Part shown: one piece after another, positions 35,196-44,307 of the stretch
Layout of the letters: every line of letters begins with the position of its first letter
Position numbering within the stretch: the stretch's first letter is position 1
Assembly: GCA_016432325.1 (NCBI GenBank)
Contig: CP066684.1
Span: forward strand, 448,001 to 512,000
Reading direction: 5' to 3'
Source of the DNA: Candidatus Aenigmatarchaeota archaeon
Lineage (GTDB): Archaea > Aenigmatarchaeota > Aenigmatarchaeia > PWEA01 > JACQIF01
Length of the DNA stretch: 64,000 bases
Notes under the pieces: model-generated
Seen by the model: the letters and a program-made list of their open reading frames with translations, nothing else
The model's database searches: none
What the model was told of the DNA's origin: nothing
Program-made: the position numbers and the translations under genes

Positions 35196-35254
35196 GATTG
35201 GTTCTGGTCTGCCCGCTATATAATGTTTTTATTCGGGCTTGGCGCACCATCTGC

Positions 35255-36754
35255 ATGCGCCGCCCGCCGGGCCAAGTGGCGATGGAGTACATCATAATCG
35301 TCGGCATAGTCCTGTTGCTCATCGTGCCGCTCGTGTTCTTCACCAGCTCATCGTCCACGTCCCAGAAGAGGTCTGCGGACGCGGAAACGGCCGTGACGCG
35401 GCTGGCGACGGCCGCGGAGTCCGTATACTCGCAGGGCGTGGGAGCGCAGCAGACCGTTTCCGTATTTCTTCCCGAAGGGGCCAATCTCGAAGATTCCACC
35501 ATCTCCGGCCGGCTGATAAGGCTGCGCGTAGTAACGGCCGAAGGCGACGAGTACGACGTCGTCAGGCTGCTTCCTTTCAACATATCGGGCGTCTTTCCAA
35601 GCGATACGGGCTTCCAGCAGATTACCGTAAGGACGTTCGCCAACGGAACCGTTGGAATAGGCGATGTCACAGAAGCGCCTGTGGCGGCGTTCTGCGGCGA
35701 CGGGATAAAGAACGGCTCCGAGCAGTGCGACGGTTCTGACTTGGGAGGCGCCACGTGCGTCAGCCAAGGCTACACTTCAGGGACGCTCTCCTGCGGCGGC
35801 TCGTGCACGTACGACACATCCGCGTGCGTAAACGTGACGTACACCTTCACCTATGTGAACGGGTTTGTCGTTGGCAACGGAACCGTGGCGTCGTTCGCTT
35901 CGTCTCAGAGTGCTTCGGACAGCGGAGCCGTCGCGACGTACACTGAAACGAACTTCACCACGTTCGGGTCTCCTTCTGGTGTGTCAAATATCACGCTCAA
36001 CGCCAACGAGGTAACGACGGCTTCGAACGACTGGACGGACGAGGAGAACACATTCTCCTCGGACAACCTCTACGCGAGGCTGAACAATCTAGATAACAAA
36101 AACTTCATCGTCGGCCTCGACAACACGACCGACAGCGGAACTATTACGTCTGTCGTAATCAGCGTCGAGCAGAACATAAGCGACCCCGGGGATTTGGACG
36201 ACGAGTTCATACTGACGCCCTTCATCGGCGCGACGGCAGGCACGGCCTGCGCTAACATAGACGGCACTGCCGCGGACGCCTACATAGAGTGCAACGTGAC
36301 GAACAACCGTCCGGGAGGCGGCTCATGGACCTTCGCAGACCTCAACAATACACGTGTCCGCGTCAACATCAACAAGCTCGGCGGCGCGCCTGTCTTCAGC
36401 GTGGACCACATAAGGCTAATCGTGACTAGAACGACGGCAGCCACGCCAGATGTTTCGTCGTTCACGTTGAACGTCACAACCAATTTCACGTCCGTCCCGT
36501 CAGGCTCCGTTCAGGAACTGCAAATCCGTTACAACGTCACGAATGACACGTTCGCAGTGCACGTGTGGAACGGCACGAGTTTCAACAGCCGCGGGACGCT
36601 CGACTCGACCGCGATGACGAACTTTTCATACGTTCTGACCGCATCAGAGTACAACAGCGGAGCGCCGCGTGTGAAGTTTTTGGACAGCGCGTTCAACGCG
36701 TCGCAGGGCGTGCTGCGAATAGACTATGAACGCGTCAACACGACAACGCCGTGA
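35255..36754 (+). CDS. Large pilin-like adhesin with a Cys-rich repeat module
   Basis: PG/QVAMEYIIIVG. Module CGDGIKNGSEQCDGSDLGGATC...GTLSC...C...C. Confidence 0.88.
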   Translation: MRRPPGQVAMEYIIIVGIVLLLIVPLVFFTSSSSTSQKRSADAETAVTRLATAAESVYSQGVGAQQTVSVFLPEGANLEDSTISGRLIRLRVVTAEGDEYDVVRLLPFNISGVFPSDTGFQQITVRTFANGTVGIGDVTEAPVAAFCGDGIKNGSEQCDGSDLGGATCVSQGYTSGTLSCGGSCTYDTSACVNVTYTFTYVNGFVVGNGTVASFASSQSASDSGAVATYTETNFTTFGSPSGVSNITLNANEVTTASNDWTDEENTFSSDNLYARLNNLDNKNFIVGLDNTTDSGTITSVVISVEQNISDPGDLDDEFILTPFIGATAGTACANIDGTAADAYIECNVTNNRPGGGSWTFADLNNTRVRVNINKLGGAPVFSVDHIRLIVTRTTAATPDVSSFTLNVTTNFTSVPSGSVQELQIRYNVTNDTFAVHVWNGTSFNSRGTLDSTAMTNFSYVLTASEYNSGAPRVKFLDSAFNASQGVLRIDYERVNTTTP

Positions 36755-36778
36755 GCTTTATGAAAAGGGTTTGAAGCT

Positions 36779-37183
36779 ATGAAAGGACAGGCGGGCATGG
36801 AGTTTCTTGTTGTCATAGGCATCATGCTCGTCGTCTTCCTCTCTCTCAACATCGCGTTCATCGACAGGGGAGGCGACGTCTCCGTATATGCGCGCAACGC
36901 CCAGATGCAGGAAGCCGTTGAGAAGGTCGCGGGCATGATAACCGCGGCGCACGCAACGCACGGCTTGAGGGTTAACACGACACTGCCGTCGTTTGTGGAA
37001 GGCTGCGAACCTGTGTATACCGTACATGCGAGTTTGTTCGTAGCGGTCTGCGGCGATGAGGGCTTTGCGTCCGGCTTCATAGGCAACGTCACCAACGGAA
37101 CATCATCTCCTCCGTTCTCAATCAGAGAAGACATTGCAATCAAAGGCCTTTCAGACGGCAGGGTTGAGGTGACGCAGAGATGA
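36779..37183 (+). CDS. Minor pilin
   Basis: KG/QAGMEFLVVIG. Confidence 0.88.
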   Translation: MKGQAGMEFLVVIGIMLVVFLSLNIAFIDRGGDVSVYARNAQMQEAVEKVAGMITAAHATHGLRVNTTLPSFVEGCEPVYTVHASLFVAVCGDEGFASGFIGNVTNGTSSPPFSIREDIAIKGLSDGRVEVTQR

Positions 37184-37671
37184 AAGGGCAGGTCATAAGC
37201 GCGGACTTCGTCGTCGCGTTCTTCATATTCCTTGCTATAGTGCTGGGCCTCTTCCTGTCATGGAACGGCGCCACAGACACGATTGGCCAGATCTACTCCA
37301 GAAACGCGATGCAGAGGGCAGGCGGACTCGCGGCCGATTCGCTGGTGAGAAGCCCGGGGGAACCCGACGACTGGACGGCGGCGAGCGTGACGGCTCTGGG
37401 TCTCGCCGACGACGCGCCCAACGTGCTGAACGCGGACAAGGTGTCCCGTATGCTCAACGTGCCTTACGAGACGTCAAGAAACATGCTCCGCATGCCGACG
37501 GACTTCTCGCTGGAAATAAACAGGACCAGCGGCGCCGCATTCACCGTAAACAACACGCAGGCCGTCTACGGCACGCAGCCGTTCGCGAACGCCACGAACA
37601 TCGTGGTGGTCCGCAGGCTCGTGGTGATGGGCGGCATCCCCGGAGTCCTGACTATGAAGGTGTGGGCATGA
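37180..37671 (+). CDS. Minor pilin
   Basis: KG/QVISADFVVAF, DSLVRSPGEPDDW. ATGA overlap with the previous gene. Confidence 0.88.
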   Translation: MKGQVISADFVVAFFIFLAIVLGLFLSWNGATDTIGQIYSRNAMQRAGGLAADSLVRSPGEPDDWTAASVTALGLADDAPNVLNADKVSRMLNVPYETSRNMLRMPTDFSLEINRTSGAAFTVNNTQAVYGTQPFANATNIVVVRRLVVMGGIPGVLTMKVWA

Positions 37672-38168
37672 CGGTTAAGAGCGGCAGCGGATTCGCAAAA
37701 AGGCCCAAGGGATTCGTGATAACCATGGACGCCATGCTGGCCGCGGTCGTCGTCATAGCCGCAATCGCCTCTGTTTCAAACTCCCTCGAGGTAGGCCAGA
37801 CAGACGTCTGGAAAGAGGACTCCCTGTACAGATACGCGCAGGACGTGCTTCTCGTGCTGGACAGGAACGGTACGTTCACGATTGTGGCGTCCTCATCAGC
37901 AGGCAACGCGACCCTCGCCGCCGCGCTGGACGACCTGATGCCGGTGAACCTCGGCGCGAATGTGACGCTGAGAATATACACAGACGCGAACAACGACGGC
38001 GTTTTCGAGGAGCGAAGCGTCAACGCCGCATACGCGGCGTCTGCGCCAACGGGATGGTCCTCGTCGCAGGCAGTGGCCGCGAAGCGAATCTATACGAAAT
38101 ACAACGACTCGTCGCCCACGAACAGCGAATACGGCGTCGCGGTGATAAACCTATGGACGGCGGTATGA
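37668..38168 (+). CDS. Minor pilin
   Basis: Real start inside ORF 37260 (ATGA overlap). KG/FVITMDAMLA. Confidence 0.85.
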   Translation: MTVKSGSGFAKRPKGFVITMDAMLAAVVVIAAIASVSNSLEVGQTDVWKEDSLYRYAQDVLLVLDRNGTFTIVASSSAGNATLAAALDDLMPVNLGANVTLRIYTDANNDGVFEERSVNAAYAASAPTGWSSSQAVAAKRIYTKYNDSSPTNSEYGVAVINLWTAV

Positions 38169-39037
38169 TGGACAAGGGGCAGCTCTTCACGGTCGTTGCG
38201 TTTTTCCTCGTCTTCTCGCTGGTCGCCTTGTCCGCGGCCTTCTCAAACGTAAACCTGGAGACCAAGCGGGACGCGAACGTCCTGACAGATGCAACCAAGC
38301 TGGCGTACGCGTTCGACACGGCGAAGTACAGCATGCAACTCGCGACAGGCGTGAACGTGACAAAGAACAGCACCCGCCTGACACTGCGGGACGACATCGA
38401 CCGCACGACAAGCTACCAGACCTTCCTCTCCAAACTTGAGAGCTTCGTGAATTCGAAGTTCGAAGACCGGACGTTGACGGTTGATTTCGTCGACACGTCA
38501 GGCGGCGCAATGGACTGGAACCAGGTCACAGGCTTGGACGTGGTGCCGTTCAACATCACTTACGTCTATCCGATAGTCGGCGGCGACATCGAGATTCGTT
38601 CGTTCAATGACACCGCGCTGGACCATCTGGAAAGGATGGATGTGGACATCTCAATGGACGCGTCACTCGTCGCCAACTCGACCTTCTGGGCGCCTGAGAA
38701 CGACTGCAGCCCTCCGGGCTCGCCCCCGTCGTGCCTGCCCATACGAATCGTCATCAGAGGAAGCAACGGCGTGACAAAGGACAGCGGAGAGTCAAATCTC
38801 GACCTGAGCCAGCAGTCCGTCTCCACTCACCTCGTTCAGGGAGGCGCCGGAAACGTGAAGGTCACCATAGGCCGCTCGCCTTCCACGGACTCGCGCTTCA
38901 TACTGATAGAAACGAGCGGCGTCGCGGCGCACGTGAATACGATAATGACGTTCGACACCGAAGGCTATCGCACTCTGAACCCTCCGGCAAGATTGAGGGT
39001 CTTCGACGCGGTGGCTTATATAGAGGGCGACGTCTGA
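38165..39037 (+). CDS. Minor pilin
   Basis: Real start inside ORF 38054. KG/QLFTVVAFFLV. Confidence 0.85.
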   Translation: MMDKGQLFTVVAFFLVFSLVALSAAFSNVNLETKRDANVLTDATKLAYAFDTAKYSMQLATGVNVTKNSTRLTLRDDIDRTTSYQTFLSKLESFVNSKFEDRTLTVDFVDTSGGAMDWNQVTGLDVVPFNITYVYPIVGGDIEIRSFNDTALDHLERMDVDISMDASLVANSTFWAPENDCSPPGSPPSCLPIRIVIRGSNGVTKDSGESNLDLSQQSVSTHLVQGGAGNVKVTIGRSPSTDSRFILIETSGVAAHVNTIMTFDTEGYRTLNPPARLRVFDAVAYIEGDV

Positions 39038-39067
39038 GTTATTATATTCCGGCTCACAAGGGATACC

Positions 39068-40201
39068 ATGCCACGAAAAAAGGGAGCGACGTCCGTAGAC
39101 GACCTTCTGGACCTGATAAACGAGCGGCGTAACGTAGAGCTCCACGAAGCGGCGACGGTTCTCAACGTGGACCCGGACACCATAGAAGAGTGGGCCGAGG
39201 CTATGAGCGACCAGGGCCTCATGGAGATAGACTACGGCTTCGGAAAGGTCACTCTCAAAGCCATCGCGCCTGCGGCATTCGAAGAGAAGGGCAAGGAGGC
39301 GATGGTCAGAAAAACGGACGTGTCCAAGAAGGCGACGACCGCCGAGCAGCGCGCCCTCGAGATAAAGAAAAAGGTTACCTACACCGCGAAAGACATCGAA
39401 GAGCTCGGGAAGACCATAGAAGAACACGGCAAAGAAGCCGAAGGAATGGTGTACGACGTCAAGCAGCTCTTTGCCGAAGGGGAGAAGTTCCTCAACGAAC
39501 TCGATTACAGGAAGATAAGCGCCGAGCAGCGGGAACGCGAGATGCTCGAAAAGTTCAACTCTCTTGAGACGTCGCTACACGCGTCGGAGAAGCGGCTGGC
39601 CCAGATAATAAAGGAGTTCGAGCAACTCGACGCGACCGTGGAAGACATCTTCAAACGCGCTCACGCGCACGACGAGGAGGTCCGCGCGCTCGAAACGATG
39701 AAAGGCGAGATAACCAAGGACATGAAGAAGCTTGAAAGCGAGGCCGGCATCCTGATACACTACGAGGAGAAGGTCAGCCCATCGGTCCTCCAGACCCTGA
39801 AGAGACTCGTGATGCGCGTGCTCGAAAAGCTGGAGTACGTGCTGAAGAAGAAGGTCGACGTCTCGGCCGCTCACAAGGAAACGCACGAAACCATACAGGA
39901 AGCGCGGGAAAGGTTCGGCATTGAGCAGCCCGAAAAGGAGTTCGTGGGCGAGGAGGAGACGCCCACTGTTGCGGAGAAGCCTGAGCAAACAAAAGACGCT
40001 GGCCGGACAGAAACTCAGAAGCAACAGCAGGCTCCCGAAAGCGGCGAGGAGGCAAAGAAGGACGAGACTACCGCTCAGCAAGAGGGGACCAGTAAACAGG
40101 TTTACCGCTCAGAAAGTCAAGAGGGGACCAGTAAACAGGTTTACCGCTCAGAAAGTCAAGAGGGGACCAGTAAATGGCCGAGAGAAAAGAAGAACAAGTG
40201 A
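39068..40201 (+). CDS. wHTH-like N-domain plus long coiled-coil protein of the pilus operon
   Basis: TSVDDLLDLI...EAATVLNV...IEEWAEAM, followed by heptad repeats. Confidence 0.8.
   Translation: MPRKKGATSVDDLLDLINERRNVELHEAATVLNVDPDTIEEWAEAMSDQGLMEIDYGFGKVTLKAIAPAAFEEKGKEAMVRKTDVSKKATTAEQRALEIKKKVTYTAKDIEELGKTIEEHGKEAEGMVYDVKQLFAEGEKFLNELDYRKISAEQREREMLEKFNSLETSLHASEKRLAQIIKEFEQLDATVEDIFKRAHAHDEEVRALETMKGEITKDMKKLESEAGILIHYEEKVSPSVLQTLKRLVMRVLEKLEYVLKKKVDVSAAHKETHETIQEARERFGIEQPEKEFVGEEETPTVAEKPEQTKDAGRTETQKQQQAPESGEEAKKDETTAQQEGTSKQVYRSESQEGTSKQVYRSESQEGTSKWPREKKNK
40079..40174 (+). repeat. 39-bp tandem repeat (about 2.5 copies) containing the RBS of the ATPase gene
   Basis: caagaggggaccagtaaacaggtttaccgctcagaaagt at 40079 and 40118, partial copy at 40157. 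Confidence 0.95.
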
Positions 40202-41748
40202 TGAAGAGGTACGTCGTCGCGGCAGACGACGTGATAGCCACCATCGTCATATCAATGAAAAGCGAGGACTACGTGCCGCACTACACTCTCTCTTTCGACA
40301 AGCTGCAGCCCGGAACCGCGGCAGTCCTGAAGGCCATCCGCGAGGAGATCGTAAGGACCGTAGACATAACACCCAGCGAGCTTCTGGACCCCAAGATGGC
40401 GCAGCTGGTCAAGGAAAAATTCGTCCAGAGGTCCAGAGAAACGCTCGCCTCCCGCATGCCGACTCTTGACGAGACTACGAGACGCTCGCTCGCAGGCTCG
40501 CTCGTCCACGAGATGTTCGGCCTCGGAGACATCGAACTGCTCATAAGGGACGACGACTTGGAAGAGATAGTCATAAACGCGTCGGACGAGCCCATGTGGG
40601 TATATCACAAGGAGTTCGGCTGGCTCGTGACGAACCTGAAGCTGCAGGGAGAGGAAGACATACAAAACTACGCTTCCATAGTGGGCAGGCGCGTCGGCCG
40701 CCAGATAAGCACTCTCAACCCGCTTCTTGACGCGCACCTGGTCACCGGAGACCGCGTGAACGCGACGCTGTTTCCCATCTCAACGAAAGGCAACACGCTC
40801 ACGATACGAAAGTTCGCGCGCAACCCGTGGACCATCACGCACTTCATCGATCCGTCATCGAGAACCCTCAGCGTCGATCTCGCGGCTTTCCTGTGGACGT
40901 GCATCCAATACGAACTCAACATAATCATCGCCGGCGGAACCGCTTCGGGGAAGACGTCTTTCCTGAACGCGCTGGCACCTTTCGTCCAGACCAACCACAG
41001 AATCGTCTCCATAGAGGACACGCGCGAGCTTCAACTGCCGCGCTTCGCCCACTGGGTTCCCCTGACAACGCGCGAACCGAACCCCGAGGGCCGCGGAGAG
41101 GTGTCGATGCTCGACCTGATGATAAACTCCCTCAGAATGCGGCCGGACCGCATACTCGTGGGAGAAGTGCGCCGCCAAGCGCAGGCCGAAGTGATGTTCG
41201 AGGCCATGCACACCGGCCATTCGGTGTATTCGACGCTTCACGCGGACAACGTAGACGAGATGCGCTCGAGACTCATCAACCCACCAATCAATATACCCGA
41301 ATCGCAGCTCGAGGCCCTGCATCTGGCTGTCGTGCAGTTCCGCCACAGGAGGCTGGGCATACGCAGGACTTTCCAGGTGGCTGAAATCGTGCCGACGGCC
41401 CACATCGGCGAGAAACGCGAAGTGCACTTGAACATGCTCTACAGGTGGAATCCTTCAACCGATGCCGTTGAAAAGGCCAACAGCAGCATACGAACCAACG
41501 GCGAGATATCGGCGTACACGGGCATGACGACCAAAGAGATAGCGGACGAAGTCAAGGAAAAGGCGCAGCTGCTCCAGTGGATGCTGGACAACAACATCAA
41601 GACGGTGAACACCGTGGGAAAAGTGGTTGCTGACTATTACAGGAACAAGAGCGAGACCATGGAATACGCGAAGAGGAACGCGAAGCCGCGCGACATATTC
41701 TCCGAGGATCTTCTCGTGGAGCTGCGGGCCCGCGGCTACATGAAATGA
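40174..41748 (+). CDS. Type IV pilus/Tad assembly ATPase
   Basis: GGTASGKT, SIEDTREL, LRMRPDRILVGEVR, AMHTGH...STLHA. Confidence 0.96.
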   Translation: MAERKEEQVMKRYVVAADDVIATIVISMKSEDYVPHYTLSFDKLQPGTAAVLKAIREEIVRTVDITPSELLDPKMAQLVKEKFVQRSRETLASRMPTLDETTRRSLAGSLVHEMFGLGDIELLIRDDDLEEIVINASDEPMWVYHKEFGWLVTNLKLQGEEDIQNYASIVGRRVGRQISTLNPLLDAHLVTGDRVNATLFPISTKGNTLTIRKFARNPWTITHFIDPSSRTLSVDLAAFLWTCIQYELNIIIAGGTASGKTSFLNALAPFVQTNHRIVSIEDTRELQLPRFAHWVPLTTREPNPEGRGEVSMLDLMINSLRMRPDRILVGEVRRQAQAEVMFEAMHTGHSVYSTLHADNVDEMRSRLINPPINIPESQLEALHLAVVQFRHRRLGIRRTFQVAEIVPTAHIGEKREVHLNMLYRWNPSTDAVEKANSSIRTNGEISAYTGMTTKEIADEVKEKAQLLQWMLDNNIKTVNTVGKVVADYYRNKSETMEYAKRNAKPRDIFSEDLLVELRARGYMK

Positions 41749-41757
41749 GGGGATCTA

Positions 41758-42675
41758 GTGAAGACGCAGAAGACCGCTGTCAGGTACGCGCCGAGTGACA
41801 CCCGAAGGGTTCCGATGTTTCCTGTCTCGATGCGCACAGCGAAGGCGATAGGCGAACTGTTCCGCGGCGTCGGCGGCAATCTCGTCACGCGTTCCTCGGC
41901 GCTTCCAATGCAGCTCAGGCAAGCCGACATGAACCTCACCGCCGCGGAGTACATGGGCTTCTCGCTTTTCGTGGCGCTCCTGTACGGCATCGTGAGCACA
42001 GCCGCCTCCGGGCTTCTCGAGTACAGGACGACGGGAGGCGCAACGCTCGTCACGCCTGCCATCGGCGTCGTGATGTTTATTGTCACCTTCTTCTTCGTCT
42101 CTTCCTTCCCCCGCGTTTTCGCCATCAGGGTTGCCAAAGAAACGGAGAAGGACATGCTGGGCGCGATGCGCCACCTCCTGATAGAGGTTCGTTCAGGAGT
42201 TTCGCTCTTCCACGCCATGGTGGGCCTTACGAAGGGGTACGGCCGCGTCTCCGTGGAGTTCGACGCGATAGTGAGGGACATCAACTCCGGAATGAAAGAG
42301 GTAGACGCGCTCAACAGGGCGGCGGAGAGGAACACGTCGATATTCTTCAGGAGAACCGTCTGGCAGATGGTGAACTCGTTGCGCGCGGGCAGCGACGTGT
42401 CGACCACTCTCGAATCCATCACAGACGCGTTCACGAAGAACCAGATAATACGCATAAGGCAGTACGGACAGGAACTGAACCCGCTGACGATGCTTTACAT
42501 GATATTCTCGGTCATCCTGCCGAGCCTGGGCATAACGTTCCTGATAGTCCTGTCTTCCATATCGGGTCTCGCGATTCCGCCTGTCGTGCTCCCGCTCATA
42601 ATAGTCGTGCTCGTTGTGTTCCAGTTCTTCTTCATCGGCTACGTCAAAACGCGGAGGCCCAACGTCACCGTCTGA
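41758..42675 (+). CDS. Pilus platform membrane protein (TadB/TadC, T2SS-F family)
   Basis: IEVRSGVSLFHAM...YGRVSVEF, TM pairs. Confidence 0.92.
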   Translation: MKTQKTAVRYAPSDTRRVPMFPVSMRTAKAIGELFRGVGGNLVTRSSALPMQLRQADMNLTAAEYMGFSLFVALLYGIVSTAASGLLEYRTTGGATLVTPAIGVVMFIVTFFFVSSFPRVFAIRVAKETEKDMLGAMRHLLIEVRSGVSLFHAMVGLTKGYGRVSVEFDAIVRDINSGMKEVDALNRAAERNTSIFFRRTVWQMVNSLRAGSDVSTTLESITDAFTKNQIIRIRQYGQELNPLTMLYMIFSVILPSLGITFLIVLSSISGLAIPPVVLPLIIVVLVVFQFFFIGYVKTRRPNVTV

Positions 42676-42684
42676 GGTGCTGAC

Positions 42685-43677
42685 ATGGCTTCAAGACTCA
42701 AGCTTCATGAAGCGGTAGGCGAACTCGTTCCTTACAAGAACGCGCTGGCTACGAACCTCAGGTATGCCGGATACGAGGACGTTCCAGTGCTTACCGTCGC
42801 GGGCTTCATCTTCCTCTACTCGGTTGCTCTCGGCTTCATCGCGTTCCAGATAGTATCGTTCATGAATCTGGGAATATACTACGCGGTCGCCGCGTTCATA
42901 GTGACCGTCGTGGTCGCCCAGGGAATCGCCCACTTGTTCATCATCTTCGAAGGGGAGAAGCGCGCGGCTCAGGTGGACGAGATACTGCCCGATGCGTTGC
43001 AGCTGATAGCTTCAAACATGCGTTCCGGCATGACAATCGACAGGGCGATATGGCTTGCAGCGAGGCCGGAGTTCGGCCCCCTGCAGCAGGAGATAAAACG
43101 CATCAGCACGGAGATGCTTGGCTCGTCTACGGCGCCCGCGGCCTTGGCAAGCCTGCCGCGCAGGATAAAATCCAAGAGCCTGGAGCGCGCCGTAACCCTG
43201 ATAACCGAGGGCCTCAAAGGCGGCGGCGAAATGGCTTCCCTCCTCGACCAGATTGCGGCCGACATCAGGAGCTTCCGCATCCTTCAGGAGGAGGCGCGCA
43301 CGAACATCACGACGTACACGATATTCATAGTCCTGTCCGCAACCATAGGCGCGCCTGCCCTGTTCGCCATATCGAGCGTTTTCATAAGCCTCATGGGCAG
43401 CGTGCTGGCATCCAGTCCGCTGCCGACCGCCTCTGCCATAACGAGTCCCCTGCGCATCACAGCCCCCCAAATAGACCCGGAGAGCGTGCGGGTATTCTCT
43501 CTGGTGACCATAGGCGTCATAACGCTCTTCGCCTCTCTTATCGTGGGTCTCTTGAGGACTGGCGATGAAAAGAACGGCCTGCGCTATGCTCCGCTCATGA
43601 TGGTTGTCGCGCTTCTCGTGTTCTTTGCCGTGCGCTCCATGGTCTCCGGGCTTCTCGGAACGCTCGTTCCGGTCTAA
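42685..43677 (+). CDS. Pilus platform membrane protein (TadB/TadC, T2SS-F family)
   Basis: LPDALQLIASNMRSGMT...RPEFGPL. Confidence 0.92.
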   Translation: MASRLKLHEAVGELVPYKNALATNLRYAGYEDVPVLTVAGFIFLYSVALGFIAFQIVSFMNLGIYYAVAAFIVTVVVAQGIAHLFIIFEGEKRAAQVDEILPDALQLIASNMRSGMTIDRAIWLAARPEFGPLQQEIKRISTEMLGSSTAPAALASLPRRIKSKSLERAVTLITEGLKGGGEMASLLDQIAADIRSFRILQEEARTNITTYTIFIVLSATIGAPALFAISSVFISLMGSVLASSPLPTASAITSPLRITAPQIDPESVRVFSLVTIGVITLFASLIVGLLRTGDEKNGLRYAPLMMVVALLVFFAVRSMVSGLLGTLVPV

Positions 43678-43788
43678 AGTTTTATCTCCCTTCCGCCGAT
43701 CGGAAACCCCTTAGAACCGCGGTTTGAAGTTTACCGCGCTGCGCGTTTAAACCTTTATAAGGAGACGCGGCGCACTCTTCCCGATAAC

Positions 43789-44271
43789 ATGGGAAAAGGC
43801 AACAGGCTTCCCGCCCTAAAAGGACAGGCCGCAATGGAGTTCTTGATGACCTACGGATGGGCCTTGCTTATAGTCGTGCTTGTGGCCGCCGTGGTGTTCC
43901 TCGTCGTGCGTCCGGCGGGCCTTGTCGGCGAATCCAAGGTGAGCTTCTCCGGAATCGACGTCACGCGATTCGGGGTGGATTCGGCCAATGACGTCCTGCT
44001 CATGGAAATCCAGAACATACGCTCGACGAGAGTCAACGTGACGGCGATATATGTGGAGTCCGCGACAGGCACGCAGATTGCGAAGACCGACAAGGCAATA
44101 GAACTGGCCTCCGGGAAGAGGAGCACGGGGTTCATAAATGCTACTTTGCCCGTGTCTGTTGAAACCGGCGAGTCCTATGCGTACAGGGTCTTCATCGAGT
44201 ACTATTACAGCGATCTCGGCCCGACGAACAAGCTGAACAGCACAGGAACGCTGTCAGGAACGGCCTCGTGA
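43789..44271 (+). CDS. Type IV pilin, paralog of 34743..35195
   Basis: KG/QAAMEFLMTYGWALL...NSTGTLSGT. Confidence 0.9.
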   Translation: MGKGNRLPALKGQAAMEFLMTYGWALLIVVLVAAVVFLVVRPAGLVGESKVSFSGIDVTRFGVDSANDVLLMEIQNIRSTRVNVTAIYVESATGTQIAKTDKAIELASGKRSTGFINATLPVSVETGESYAYRVFIEYYYSDLGPTNKLNSTGTLSGTAS

Positions 44272-44307
44272 GTCTTTTTTATATCCGCTCGAGACCCAAC
44301 TGAACCC

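Noticed and set aside
40079-40174. Possible mini-CRISPR array
   Set aside because: Units are identical head to tail with no unique spacers, and there are no cas genes.
34743-44271. Archaellum or conjugation system
   Set aside because: No archaellins, ArlF/G, VirB4 or relaxase. The content fits a type IV/Tad pilus.
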